A stretch of 64,000 bases of DNA from Candidatus Latescibacterota bacterium (GCA_965223905.1 CBDCXV010000010.1:1888001-1952000); one strand, 5' to 3'; positions 9,928 to 21,250 are shown, counted from the first letter of the stretch. A program made the numbers and translations. The notes: a model not told the origin generated them from the letters alone.

Positions 9928-10326
9928 TCACATAGAGCTGAGAATTCGTCCGCGCTCGCCCACGAGCCAGAAGATGACCCCCCAGACGCCGTTGAGCGTC
10001 ACCTCGCCGATGATGAGCCCGAGGAAGAAGGGCTTGAATGTCTGAAACAGCGAGCCGCCCCCGTAGCGTATGATGGTCAGCTTGAGCACCCAGGCGACCA
10101 GCGCGGGGAACCAAATGTGGCCGGCCAGCCAGCCGACGCTGATGGCGAAACCCAGCGGATGCAGAGGCCACCAGAACCAGCGGTGCTGCGCCAGCGATAG
10201 CAGACCCGAGCCCAACGCGCCGATCCCCTTGAACAACCAGCCGCGCATGTTGGCGTCGGGCGGATCGAGCACCAGGGGCGCGATATTGGGCCAGCCGTGC
10301 GCACCGACCCAGCTGATGTCGCCGAG
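9928..10326 (-). pseudogene. C-terminal fragment of a membrane protein (DUF6784-like)
   Basis: WFWWPLHPLGF...WVLKLTIIRYGG...PFFLGLIIGE; fused in frame behind an ECF sigma remnant. Confidence 0.6.
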
Positions 10327-10842
10327 TTTCAGCCGCCGCCTGGCGGCGTGTAGTCCATTGTTGACTGTTGTCTCAGGTACTTCCAAAAACGCAGCAATCT
10401 CCCTTTGCGTGAAACCACTGATGTATGACAGCGTGATGACGGCTCGTGCATGCCTCTGCAATCACCGGATCGCAATCTCCACTGCCTCCTGCTGCGCGGC
10501 TTGCTCCATTTGATCGATCGGCGTGGTCTCCTCAGTCTGCATGTGTTCATCTTGCAGTTCTACCAGCTTGACTCGCCGTTTCCGTCGGATGCGATCGCAG
10601 TGCTTGTAGACGATTTTGCGAAACCACCCCGGGAAAGCTGATGGATCTCTCAGTTGAGCCAGGTCGACGAAAGCCTGGAGAAAACTCTCCTGAGCGGCGT
10701 CTTCTGCCTGGTGAACATCACCCAGCTCCGAAAATGCGTAACCGACAGCCATGTCCTGGAAGTGAGTGATGATTTGGCCAAAGGCCTCGCGATCACCTCC
10801 TCGGACACGATGAGCAGCCGGTATCCTCTCAAACCACATCAT
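10327..10842 (-). pseudogene. ECF sigma factor remnant
   Basis: GDREAFG...AEDAAQESFLQAF...AFPGWFRKIV region 2; internal TGA at 10462-10464; region 4 QREIAAFLEVPETTVNNGLHAARRRLK. Confidence 0.8.
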
Positions 10843-11259
10843 AAACAATCGGTTATGAGATCGACCAGGCGTCAGACGAGTACCGTCCCACACGGCTCCT
10901 CTTCAGATTGCGCTAGAATGGGCCGCGGGTGGCCAAGAGAGCATCGGAGGAATCGCTGACCATCACCGACAGAATCCGATGGGCGGGAGTGTAGGCCAGC
11001 TCTCCTGCAAGCCGTCCAGACCATGGCCAAGAGGACCTCTGACTGTCGCCGCAGTCCGCAGGCCCTTTCCGGCACCAGCACGGGGACGATGGCTGGTTTT
11101 TTGGTAGGAAAGCCCACCTCTGCGACGTGCCGTACACGCTGCCTTACACTGCATTGAAGCCGCGCGTCAGCAGCGCTGAATCTGATGTCGCCTCATGCTC
11201 ATCTTTCTCGCCACCATTAGCACCACGCGTGGCCTGGAACGCTCGCGTGTGCGCCGATG

Positions 11260-12843
11260 TCATTTTTCCATCAATCGGTAACGATCTACCTCACTACCCT
11301 GGGCATGCCAGATTTCGTTCGCTGTTCCGGGGGCAAAATCAAATCCTTCCAAATGCATCACTGGTTCGGCGATGTGCCAAACGCGCCTGGGATGTCGCCG
11401 TTGGTCGGTAAGTTTGTCAGGGATATCAAACTCGAAGAGACCATCCATGCTGCCAAACGTGTGAATCGAGTAGAGCTTTCGCCCAACGATCCGGATCCCC
11501 TGAGAGAAGTGCATTGCCTCTGGATATCGGAACACGCCATCGCGTTCGATCTTGTCGCCATCGATCCGATAACGATGGATGCCCAGATCGCTAAGGTCGC
11601 CGACCCAAACGTTGTCGCCATCGAAGCAAACAGGATCGATCCATGTGACGTCTTGCGTGATGTCCCAGGTGTTGACGACAATCAGATCGCTTGCGCGAAT
11701 CTTGGCGATGATCGAGCGGTTCAGCTTCGGATCGTGCTTGCCGTTCTCTGGGCCCTGCAAAAGCCCCGCCCACAGGAAGCCGTCGTGATAGTCGATCGCG
11801 CCGATGTGGTTCACACCTTCGATGTGAATCTCCTTTTCTTCGAGCAAGTTCCATTTGTTGTCGTAGCGGAAAATCGAGCGCGCGGTGCTGGTGAAATAGT
11901 GCTTGTCGGTAAGAGCCATACCTTGCTGAGCGGCGCCGTTGGCAAGTATGTGTTGCTCGAGCAAGACGGATTCCGGCCTCTCGAGGCCTGGCTGCTTCAA
12001 CCGTGAGCGATAGGTCGGCTTCAATCGCGGAATGCTTTGTTTATCTGCGACCCTCAACATCGCGGCGACTCGATCGACCAGAGGGAACTCGACTCCAACC
12101 TCGAACAGCGTGTTCACTTTGCCGGCTTCGTTCGCGCAACAGTGGTTGATGCGGATTCGATGCTGTTTGAGAACCGTCGAATGAGCCGGGTCGACCGACT
12201 TGGCACCGAGTAGTTGAATGAATTCCGCTTTCATGTCGATTGTTTCGTTGACATATTGCAGCGTGTTTGCCTGCCGTTCCATGTTGCAGATCATGATCCG
12301 GGGCTCAACACGCTTGGCGGCGCGAGCGGCAACGGCTCCGCACGCCAGAAACGCTTGATGCAATCGATCGTTGGCCATGATGCTCTTGGCGACTTCCGCA
12401 GCCAACTTCGCCTCGCCCTTGAGATGCACATTGAGCCACACGTTGTCCGGCATGACCGCGAGCGCTTCATCGAACGTGGGAATGCGCTCACCCTGGAACT
12501 GGTCATCCTTCCACCAACCGGCATCCAGCTCCTTCAGCTCTTCCAAAGTCAATTGCGAGACTGCCCCTTCCCCGTTTGTCGTGCGGTCGACCGTCGCGTC
12601 GTGCATCAGCACCAGCTTGCCGTCTTTGCTCATCGCGACATTAAGCTCGATCATCTGTGCGCCCAGGCGAATTGCCTCATGGAACGCGGCAAGCGTGTTT
12701 TCCGGGTGAGTGTCGCTCGCGCCGCGATGGGCGCAGATACCGCGCGTTGGCATCTCGATCTCACCTGATGCGCTTCGCCCCTGCATTATCGCCGCGGTGA
12801 TTATTGCGAGAAGAATCGCAGGCGTTTGATGTGACTTTTTCAA
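11260..12843 (-). CDS. Secreted glycerophosphodiester phosphodiesterase with C-terminal propeller-like domain
   Basis: CAHRGAS..HPENTLAAF, LMHDATVDRTTNG motifs; signal-like N-terminus from TTG 12843 with GGAGGT RBS. Confidence 0.85.
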   Translation of the reverse strand: MKKSHQTPAILLAIITAAIMQGRSASGEIEMPTRGICAHRGASDTHPENTLAAFHEAIRLGAQMIELNVAMSKDGKLVLMHDATVDRTTNGEGAVSQLTLEELKELDAGWWKDDQFQGERIPTFDEALAVMPDNVWLNVHLKGEAKLAAEVAKSIMANDRLHQAFLACGAVAARAAKRVEPRIMICNMERQANTLQYVNETIDMKAEFIQLLGAKSVDPAHSTVLKQHRIRINHCCANEAGKVNTLFEVGVEFPLVDRVAAMLRVADKQSIPRLKPTYRSRLKQPGLERPESVLLEQHILANGAAQQGMALTDKHYFTSTARSIFRYDNKWNLLEEKEIHIEGVNHIGAIDYHDGFLWAGLLQGPENGKHDPKLNRSIIAKIRASDLIVVNTWDITQDVTWIDPVCFDGDNVWVGDLSDLGIHRYRIDGDKIERDGVFRYPEAMHFSQGIRIVGRKLYSIHTFGSMDGLFEFDIPDKLTDQRRHPRRVWHIAEPVMHLEGFDFAPGTANEIWHAQGSEVDRYRLMEK

Positions 12844-12955
12844 AGCGACCTCCAAGAAGTGCGGGCCCGAAACTGCGGGCACTATCTTAACGTGAAGAGC
12901 GCCCTGCGTGATCCGAGTACACAAGAAGGAAAGTTTAGGAGAAATAAACGGTGTT

Positions 12956-12997
12956 ATGGATAGTTCAGACAGTAGCATGGATAGTTCAGACAGTAGC
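12956..12997. repeat. Perfect 21-bp tandem duplication
   Basis: ATGGATAGTTCAGACAGTAGC x2. Confidence 0.95.
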
Positions 12998-13752
12998 CTT
13001 GCGATTGGTTGGAGTGATTCTTAAGTGGTTTTTTTCGGAGGCTTTGGAGGAAAAGTTCGTTTTTCGATGCGGAGAGCTGCTCTTCGGCATTATTCGAAGT
13101 ACGGATGTGTGCCACTGGGCGCAGTTCACCGCCTCAACCTACCAAATCGAACCCCGTTTGCGGCTGTGGGTGGGCCGGCCCGATTGGGGGTGCGCGGGAA
13201 GGCAGGTCCATTGAATCCAGGCAGCTGATGATCGAACGCCGGTCCGTCAGCGCGGCGCTCTCCCGGATTTGGACTCGGGATCCTCCAGCGCCTGCAGCAG
13301 TGCCGGCAGTGCATCGCGCTTGGCGATCAACAACTCCTGCTTGGCCGAAGTCTCCAGTTAGGTGTTTGCGAGTGTAGTGATCGAGTGTTATTCGTGAAGA
13401 AAGGACCTGTCGCAATCGGTCGGCAAGAGAGAAGGGAGCTACGATCTTCCATCATCTGACAACGATCAGAAACAGCCGTCAGGCTTGCTGTCGCCGTCAG
13501 GACAATGGGCTGACGTCGTAGCGGTCCTACTCGGCCGCCGCCTTCTCCCTCCACTGCTCCCGGTACTCAGCCACGAAACGCTCGAAGAAGGCTCTGGTAT
13601 TACTCGCGAGACCATCGAGATAACCCGGGGTGTCGAACCAGGGCTGGTTCGAGAAGTAATCGAACCGAGGCATTGAGGCCTTGGTGTAGGTGAATAGGAG
13701 AGTGCGGCGCAGCTTGTCCGTGTGATAGCGCCCCCTGTGGAACCGCCTGACC

Positions 13753-16275
13753 TCAGCGCTCAGCCAGCTTCATCAACGCCGCCAACACTCGAATCCGCGC
13801 GCCGTCGGCCAACGTGCGATCCATTGTCTCGTCCAGCCACCACGTCGTCTCGGAGAACGCGGCCTCGCAGACACTCGCCGGCACGCTCTCCAGCAGCTGA
13901 CGCGCCTCCGCCACGTCCGGACCCGTCGCCCCCTGCGCAGACGCCTCCCGGATCGCCCGATCCAACATCACGAAATACTCGTAGTCCTCCACCCCTTCGC
14001 GCTGCGCCTCCAGGTGTTTGCCAGCCGTCACCGAGTCCTCGGCGATAAACAAAGGCGTGTACGCCGTCCCCTTGGCCAGATACTCGTTCCACGATGAGGC
14101 GCCGGCCGCGTCGGTCAGCGACCAGAAATACATCCCCGTGGCCCCATAGCGCCAACACCACCACGCCGTCAGCCGGTAGTAGGCGTACGGATCCAGAAGC
14201 CGCGCCGGGCCATCAGCATTGTAGAACTCCAGCTCGATCCCCTGATCGCGCTTCTTCAGGTAATACTCGCGAAACTCCTGGGCCGCGTCAGGAGACCGGA
14301 TAGGTGTAGAAGCATTCAGGAAGATCTTGAGGTGCGGGCACAACACATGGCACGCATCTATCATCGCCTCCGTCGCCTGGCTCATGTCCCGGTAGGTCGG
14401 ATCCTCCCAGATGCGGACCCCCGTATCCGCCTCCCGGATAGCCTTAGCCCACGCCAGAATGACCTGGTCAGCCTGCCGCACCTCGTTCGGCTCATCCACC
14501 AGCAGCAGCGCCAACTGTTCCGGCTTCAACCCCTTCTCCACTGCATGCCCCGCCCAGAACGTCACCCACGCCTTCACCGCCGTCGCGAATTCCGGTGTGT
14601 CCATGGCCCATGAGTACTTTTCGTCGCCCGCATACGTGAATCGATCGCCCACTCTCACGAACACGAGGTATTGGGCTGCACCCGGCCACAACTCGAGCCA
14701 CGCATCGAACTTGGCTGTGTTGGGTGGCGCCGTCATCGCTCCCTGCGCATCATACGTGCCCTGTACATCCGGGTAGCTCGGATTCAGCAGCCGGGGCGAG
14801 CCCCACGGCGAGTCCACGAAACGTTCGCGCAGGTGCTGAACGATCAGCGATTGGTTCTGCTCCGTCACCAACTTGGTCTTACTGATGGTCTCATGCGTAT
14901 AGTCCCATCCGCCCAGGTGAAGCGACTGCTTCTCCGGGAAATCCAGGGGATACAGGTGCATGCGCAACGGAAACCGCTTGCCCCCGGCCGCAGACTCCAC
15001 GAGGACCTCGCCCTCATACGTACCCGGCTCCACCTCCACCGGATGGAACGTCAGCCACACCTGCCGCGTCATCCCCGAGGGCACGGTCACCGTATACAGA
15101 TTGTCCTCAGCAGAAACCTGCGGCAGCGCCGCCGCCACCGGCACGCCAGATCTGGTATCCGTCCAGCCTACTTCGTGAACCGTTACATATTCCGGATTGT
15201 CGCCCCCGGGAAGCCCCCTCAACCGGAACCTCACCTGCGCCGACTCATCACTGCTGTTGCTCACGTTGAACGCTGCCGCGCGATATTCCTTCCGCATCAG
15301 GTGGACCTCGACGGACAGTTCCGGCGCCGTGTCCGGCATGCCGATGAGCGGAAGCGGATCCCACAGATCCGAACGCCAGAACGTGAGCGGCTCTAAACCC
15401 CTGGCGCGCCACAGCCACGCCTGCGTACGCAACACCCGTTCATGCCACGAATTCAGCGGCAGTACGGCCCGAAAATCTTCCCCGTACGCCCTGCACGCCT
15501 GCCCCAACTCCCCTTCCACGGCCGTCAACTCGTCGTGCACATCTTGCTGTGTCTGGACCGGGACCCCCTCCTCCTCCGTCGCCTTCTTCAGGGCTTGGAT
15601 GTCCTGCACAAACCGCCTCCGAATCGCCACCTGAATGGCGAGCTGGCCCGAATGCGCCTCCACGTCCGTAAAACCCGGGCCCGGCAGCGGCTCATTCACC
15701 CACTCCGGCTCTCCCGCGTAGACCTCGATTTCGTCGACGAACGCGTACCGCCCCACGGGCCACACAACCAGGCTGACATAGCGGCCGTGAGTCCTCAACT
15801 GGTCCGTCCAGTACCGATGCGTCCCATCCGTCCCATACTCCGTCGGTAAGGGGGGGCCGTGTGCGGCGCTCAACCCCACCAGCTCCCCGATCTCATGGAA
15901 TTTCTTGTCTTCACCCGCCGTGAAGACGAAGATCGCCTCCGGCCATTTCACGCTCGAAGCGCCGGCCGCCGTATGGAACGAAATACCCCGTATCGGCCTC
16001 ACCGTACCCAGGTCCAGCGTCAGGATAACGGGCTTCACTCTGACCCAGCCCACTGTCGACAGCTGTGTCCAAAGACTTTCCGCCGTTTGATCGTACACGC
16101 CATCCGTCAGTTGCGTGACATCAGCGGCGTCCGTGCAATGCTCATAATTCGGCGCCGGCTCCATCGTGTAGCTCGCCCCAAAGGCAATGTTCTCGCTCGG
16201 ACGATCCACCGCCGTGTCCTGCGCCCACGCCAGTCCCACTATCAACAACCCTATTGCTGCCAATGTCCGTTTCAT
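13753..16275 (-). CDS. Secreted GH123-like (DUF4091 C-terminus) glycoside hydrolase with N-terminal discoidin-like domain, paralogue P1
   Basis: Signal peptide AWA-Q; LTDG...LDLG...VDEIEVY domain; VDEP acidic pair; EAQREGVEDYEY. Confidence 0.65.
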   Translation of the reverse strand: MKRTLAAIGLLIVGLAWAQDTAVDRPSENIAFGASYTMEPAPNYEHCTDAADVTQLTDGVYDQTAESLWTQLSTVGWVRVKPVILTLDLGTVRPIRGISFHTAAGASSVKWPEAIFVFTAGEDKKFHEIGELVGLSAAHGPPLPTEYGTDGTHRYWTDQLRTHGRYVSLVVWPVGRYAFVDEIEVYAGEPEWVNEPLPGPGFTDVEAHSGQLAIQVAIRRRFVQDIQALKKATEEEGVPVQTQQDVHDELTAVEGELGQACRAYGEDFRAVLPLNSWHERVLRTQAWLWRARGLEPLTFWRSDLWDPLPLIGMPDTAPELSVEVHLMRKEYRAAAFNVSNSSDESAQVRFRLRGLPGGDNPEYVTVHEVGWTDTRSGVPVAAALPQVSAEDNLYTVTVPSGMTRQVWLTFHPVEVEPGTYEGEVLVESAAGGKRFPLRMHLYPLDFPEKQSLHLGGWDYTHETISKTKLVTEQNQSLIVQHLRERFVDSPWGSPRLLNPSYPDVQGTYDAQGAMTAPPNTAKFDAWLELWPGAAQYLVFVRVGDRFTYAGDEKYSWAMDTPEFATAVKAWVTFWAGHAVEKGLKPEQLALLLVDEPNEVRQADQVILAWAKAIREADTGVRIWEDPTYRDMSQATEAMIDACHVLCPHLKIFLNASTPIRSPDAAQEFREYYLKKRDQGIELEFYNADGPARLLDPYAYYRLTAWWCWRYGATGMYFWSLTDAAGASSWNEYLAKGTAYTPLFIAEDSVTAGKHLEAQREGVEDYEYFVMLDRAIREASAQGATGPDVAEARQLLESVPASVCEAAFSETTWWLDETMDRTLADGARIRVLAALMKLAER

Positions 16276-16500
16276 CGCCTGTCTCTCACAGTCTGATTCT
16301 AGTGCCGTGTCCCGGAAGTATCAGCGCCGATCCATCCAGACTCGCGGCGTTGCTCTCACTTGCGATATGCTCCGCTACCCGTACCACAGTAACAAGATCC
16401 CGTAACCTGAGGAGAGCGCTTGCGTGAGGTAGAGGATTTCCAAATGCCAGCACCATCGGATTAGCGTTGAGAGAGGACGCCTGGAGGTCGGCGCCAGACC

Positions 16501-19116
16501 TCACCGCTGAGCCAGCGCCGTCAGAGCCGCCAACACCTGAATCCGGCCCTTGTCCGCCAGGGTGCGGTCTATCTTCTCGTTGAGCCAGTCGTGCCTCCCC
16601 GGGGACCTCGAATCCCCGATCTCGTGGCCCCCGGCCTGCAGGACGCTCAGCGGCAGGGTCGCCAACAAGCGACGCGCCTCCTCCACCTCCGGACCGATCA
16701 CCCCGGACGCCGAAGCTTCCTGAATCGCCCGATCGAGCATCGCCAAGTACTCGTAGTCCTGCACACCTTCCCGCGCCGCCTCGAGGTGTTTTCCGGCCGT
16801 CACCGAGGTCTCGTCGAGGAAGATGGGGGAGTAGGTATTGTTGAGGGAGAGGTATTCGTTCCACGATGAAGCGCCGCCCGTGTCCGTCAGCGACCACGTG
16901 TAGAAGCCATCGGCCCCGAAGCGCCAGCACGACCACGCGTTGAGCCGGCCCGAATACGGATCGGAATCCCGACCGCTACCCCCGTAGAATTCCAGCGCGA
17001 TGCCCTGGTCCCGCTTCGTCAGGAAGTAGTCGCGATACTCCGGGTCGCCCCTCAGGAAAGCCCCGTAATTGGGGGACAGTACGTGAACCAAATCGATCAT
17101 CTCCTGATCGGCCTGGCTCATGTCGCCGTGGGTCACGTCCTCCCAGATGCGGACCCCTGTGGCGGCCTGGCGGATCGGCTTCGACCATTCTAGTATGAGC
17201 TCGTCCTGGAATGGCTCGTCGGGCTCGTCCACCAGCAGCAGGGCCAACTGTTCGGGCTTGAACCCCTTCGACACCATGTACTCCGCCCAGAAGGTCACCC
17301 AGTCCCTGACCGCCGTCTCGAACTCCGGTGTGCCCATCTGCCATGACTGGAACTTGGGTTCCGCTTCGGCGAAGACCATGTACTGGGCCGCGTCCGGCCA
17401 CAACTCGATCCAGGCGTCGAAGATGTCGGTGGAGGGTGGCGCGATCATCGCTCCCCGTTCGTCGTGGGTGCCGCGCGGCAAGGCCAGGCTGAGGCCCCAG
17501 GGCGAGTCGACCCGGTGCTCGCGCAGGTGCTCGACGATCGACCTCCGGTTCTGCTCGGTGATGTAGGGAAAATGACCAATACGATCGGTGTAGTCCCAGC
17601 CGCCCATGTGCAGAGTCTGCTGCTCGGGAAAGTCCAGGGGATACAGGTGCAGGCGCAACGGAAACCGCACGCCACCGGGGGAGGGAACTACGACCTCGCC
17701 CTCGTACACACCCGGGGCCACGTCCACCGGGTGGAAGGTCATCCACACCTGCCGGGTCATTCCAGACGGCACGGTTACCGTGTACAGACCGTTCTCGGGA
17801 GCCACCTCTGGCAGCGCCGCTGCGACAGGCATCCCGTGCCGGGTGTCCGTCCAGAGCACCTCGTGAACGGTGACGTATTCGGGATTGTCGCCGCCCGGTA
17901 GCCCACTCAGGCGGAACGAGACCTCCTTCGGTTCGTCGGCGCTGTTGCTGACGTTGAAGGCGGCGGCGCGGTGTTCCTGCCGCATCAGGTGCACTTCGAC
18001 GGCCAGCTCGGCCTCGGCGGTTAGTACCGCCGCCGTGTCAGGCGCGCCGACGAGGGGGAGTGGATCCCACAGGTTTGAGTGCCAGAACGTGAGCGGTCTA
18101 AGACCGGCGGCGCGCCAGAGCAAGGCCTGGGTGCGCATCACCCGTTCGTGCCACGGATTCAACGGCAGTATGGCCTGGAAGTCATCGCCGGACTCGGTGG
18201 CCGGCCCCAGATTCGCTTCCACGTGTGCCAGCTCGCCGAGCACGTCAATTCGTACCTGAACCGGGACACCCTCTTCTTGGGCCGTCTGCCGTAAGGCCTC
18301 GATGTCCTGCGCGAGGCGCGCCCGAATTCCCTTCTGGATGGCCAGCCGCTTCGCGTACGCCTTCGGATTAGGGACGGCTGGTCCCGTCGGCGGCTCATCC
18401 AACCACGCGGGTTCGCCACCGTAGACCTCGATCTCGTCGACGAACGTGTACGGCTCGTTCCACACCATCAGACTGACGTAGCGTCCGTGCGTTCGAAGAC
18501 GGTCCGTCCAGTAGATGTAGGTCCCGTACCTGGCGGCGCGCTCCTCAATGGCATCGCGAAGCACCTGGGCACGCACTTCGGGGGTGAACTTCGGCCCGAA
18601 GCGGTCCTTGCGGAACGCGTAGTGATGGTGTACTTGAGCGTTGCTGAAACCCTCGTCGATCCAAATGTCAGGGTTCGCCCTCGTCGGAACGAGCGGTCCG
18701 TGCTGTTGTTCGCTCAATCGCACCAGGTCGCCGACCTCGTGGAACTGCTCGTCTTCATCGGCCACGAGGATGCGGATCGTCAGGGGCCACTCCACGTCCG
18801 CGAACCCTCCCGCCGTACTGAACGAGACGCCCCGGATCGGCTGTACCGCACCCAGGTCCAGCGTGAAGATCGAAGGGGCCTTTTCCTGCCAGCCCACCGT
18901 CGACTTGTTGACCCAGAAGTAACCCTCCGTGTAATCCCCGTCCGTCAGCTGCTCGAGATCACCGGGGTCGGAGCAGAGCCCGTAGTTGGGACCCGGGTCT
19001 AACGTGTAGCTCGCCCCGAGCGCGATGTTACCGCTTGGGCGGTCTGCGGACTCCGCGGCCTGTGCCCACGCCAGTGCAACTATCAGCGATGTCGCTGCCG
19101 CCAGCATCGGTCTCAT
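16501..19116 (-). CDS. GH123-like/DUF4091 paralogue P2
   Basis: Same architecture as P1; EAAREGVQDYEY. Confidence 0.65.
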   Translation of the reverse strand: MRPMLAAATSLIVALAWAQAAESADRPSGNIALGASYTLDPGPNYGLCSDPGDLEQLTDGDYTEGYFWVNKSTVGWQEKAPSIFTLDLGAVQPIRGVSFSTAGGFADVEWPLTIRILVADEDEQFHEVGDLVRLSEQQHGPLVPTRANPDIWIDEGFSNAQVHHHYAFRKDRFGPKFTPEVRAQVLRDAIEERAARYGTYIYWTDRLRTHGRYVSLMVWNEPYTFVDEIEVYGGEPAWLDEPPTGPAVPNPKAYAKRLAIQKGIRARLAQDIEALRQTAQEEGVPVQVRIDVLGELAHVEANLGPATESGDDFQAILPLNPWHERVMRTQALLWRAAGLRPLTFWHSNLWDPLPLVGAPDTAAVLTAEAELAVEVHLMRQEHRAAAFNVSNSADEPKEVSFRLSGLPGGDNPEYVTVHEVLWTDTRHGMPVAAALPEVAPENGLYTVTVPSGMTRQVWMTFHPVDVAPGVYEGEVVVPSPGGVRFPLRLHLYPLDFPEQQTLHMGGWDYTDRIGHFPYITEQNRRSIVEHLREHRVDSPWGLSLALPRGTHDERGAMIAPPSTDIFDAWIELWPDAAQYMVFAEAEPKFQSWQMGTPEFETAVRDWVTFWAEYMVSKGFKPEQLALLLVDEPDEPFQDELILEWSKPIRQAATGVRIWEDVTHGDMSQADQEMIDLVHVLSPNYGAFLRGDPEYRDYFLTKRDQGIALEFYGGSGRDSDPYSGRLNAWSCWRFGADGFYTWSLTDTGGASSWNEYLSLNNTYSPIFLDETSVTAGKHLEAAREGVQDYEYLAMLDRAIQEASASGVIGPEVEEARRLLATLPLSVLQAGGHEIGDSRSPGRHDWLNEKIDRTLADKGRIQVLAALTALAQR

Positions 19117-19350
19117 GGCTTGTCCTTGCTATCTGATGAGCGCTTCTTCCTCGTACTCTCAAACTGCAAAAAGGCGGGCTGCAACGCGAACGATGGGTGG
19201 CCGCGTCATGCGCCCTCTCACTGGTTCTGGCTCGCTTTTGACGATGGCGATCGGTATCATCCTGCAGATCGACACCGGCCCCAATCATCAAAAACAGAGG
19301 TCGCCGGGCGAGAACCGATCATGACCTCTCGCGAACAAGGAGAAGACCGA

Positions 19351-20361
19351 ATGTCTGAACCTGCTGAAATCCGGGTGACGAACGTCCGCCGCGTCTTTCA
19401 CAACGGCGAGCACAATGCGTTCACGAGCCTGATACGTTTCCGTGACCGGTACTACCTGTCGTTTCGCAGCTGCCCCGATGGGCATTATGCCTATCCGACG
19501 TCGTCGCTCATCATTCTGGCCAGCGACGACGCCGAAACATGGGAACAGGTGCACAGCTTCAGCGTTCCGAAACGGGACGTGCGGGACGGGCACTTCCTGG
19601 TTTTCGAGGACAAGCTTTTCGTCTACACCGGCACGTGGTACTGCGGCGATTCCTCGCCCGACGCGGACCGGGGGCGCGGACACGCCTGCGAGATGAACCA
19701 GCAGCTCGGATATGGAGTTGTGACGGAGGACGGGCAGACGTGGAGCGACCCGATCATGCTGGAGGGGACCTACGGCCATTTCATCTGGCATGCCACCCAG
19801 CACGACGGCGGCGCCTATATGTGCGGGCGGCGCAAGCGTGAATTCGTCGCCTTGGAGGCGGACGATCGGTCGCTGCATGAATCGGCCATGCTGGAGAGCG
19901 ACGACGGGCTCGTCTGGCGGACGCGGGCCCTGTTTCAGACGACCCACGGCAACGAGACGTCGTTTCTGTTCGAGCCGGACAGCAGCGTGTTGGCGGTCTG
20001 CCGGTCCAGAATGTCCAGCTCACAGCTGTGCCGCTCGCAACCGCCGTACAGGGATTGGACCCGAACGGACATCAACCGCTTCATCGGTGGTCCGATGCTG
20101 GTGAAGTGGGGCGAGCGTTACCTGGTCGGCGGGCGCAAGGGCGATTACGATGAGGCACCGGAGACGGTGCTGTCCTGGCTGATTGACGAGCAACTGCACG
20201 ATGTTGCGGTGTTACCGAGCGCCGGCGACAACTCCTATCCCGGCTTCGTCGAGCTCAGCCCGACGCGCGGCGTGATCTCATGGTATTCGAGCCACGAGCA
20301 GGACGCCGCTGGCAAAGCCATGACCGCGATCTACCTGGCGGAACTGGAGATCTCCGAGTGA
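19351..20361 (+). CDS. Sialidase-like (Asp-box) beta-propeller protein
   Basis: HNAFTSL, SDDAETW/SDDGLVW Asp-boxes, RDVRD, PSAGDNSYPG; AAGGAG RBS before ATG 19351. Confidence 0.7.
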   Translation: MSEPAEIRVTNVRRVFHNGEHNAFTSLIRFRDRYYLSFRSCPDGHYAYPTSSLIILASDDAETWEQVHSFSVPKRDVRDGHFLVFEDKLFVYTGTWYCGDSSPDADRGRGHACEMNQQLGYGVVTEDGQTWSDPIMLEGTYGHFIWHATQHDGGAYMCGRRKREFVALEADDRSLHESAMLESDDGLVWRTRALFQTTHGNETSFLFEPDSSVLAVCRSRMSSSQLCRSQPPYRDWTRTDINRFIGGPMLVKWGERYLVGGRKGDYDEAPETVLSWLIDEQLHDVAVLPSAGDNSYPGFVELSPTRGVISWYSSHEQDAAGKAMTAIYLAELEISE

Positions 20362-20440
20362 GGTCGCACTCTAACGGAGACTCAGGCCAGTCGGCAGCCA
20401 TCGCGGTGACGCGTCCACACACCAGTCGCGGTCGACGGAA

Positions 20441-21250
20441 TCAGCCGTTGAGGACCTTCATCGTCCTCTCGACAGGCTCGCGGAACGCTTGAGGCAACGA
20501 CGCGAGGTACTGGGGATCGGCGTACTCCGGCTCCTGAGCCCAGGCGTTGATCACCGCATCCTTCGCGGAGTCGACATTGCCGTACACGATAAAGAGGGAT
20601 CGACGTTTCACGCCCCTCGGTGTGAGTCCACGGTGGATGCCGCGCGAGTCGAAGGGCACGGCGCTGCCGGCACGGACCTGCAACTGAATTGCCCCGGTGA
20701 ACATCTTGTCACCGGCCGTAGGTCCTTCCCCGAAACGAGCTTCCTCCTCCTCGGTGTTGGCGCGGTTGTGGGAGCCGGGAACGAACCAGAAGCTCGCATC
20801 GTCCTCGAGGGCCAGTAGAATCTGCGTCGCCGGGAGGGTCTCCATCTCCCTTATCTGTCGCTCAAAGGCCGAATCCTTGCCCCAGGCGAAATAGGAATCC
20901 CGATGCCAGGGACCGCGGTAGTCGTACTCCGGGTTTATGGCAAAAGCCGCAATGCCGTGCATGGTCGCATCATCGCCGAACAACGCCTGGACAACATCCA
21001 TGATGGCCGGCGCCGCCAGGGCTTCCATGACCGGATAGCGCGCGATCTCGGGGTGGTGTGGATCCTGGAATCGGTGTTTGCTGAGGAAGCCGGTCTCTTC
21101 ATCGCGTTCGGCCCGTCCCACGTTCATCGCAGCTTCGATGATCTCTTCGTAACTGTCCTGCACCGCTGCCAGACTGTCAGGCGCTACGGCATCCTCCAGA
21201 ACGACGTAGCCGTCGCGGTTGTATTGATCGATTGCCTGTTGTGTGTTCAC
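20441..21250 (-). CDS. PhyH-family Fe(II)/2-oxoglutarate dioxygenase
   Basis: YNRDGYVVL, WHRD, FVPGSH, IHRG. Confidence 0.88.
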   Translation of the reverse strand: MNTQQAIDQYNRDGYVVLEDAVAPDSLAAVQDSYEEIIEAAMNVGRAERDEETGFLSKHRFQDPHHPEIARYPVMEALAAPAIMDVVQALFGDDATMHGIAAFAINPEYDYRGPWHRDSYFAWGKDSAFERQIREMETLPATQILLALEDDASFWFVPGSHNRANTEEEEARFGEGPTAGDKMFTGAIQLQVRAGSAVPFDSRGIHRGLTPRGVKRRSLFIVYGNVDSAKDAVINAWAQEPEYADPQYLASLPQAFREPVERTMKVLNG

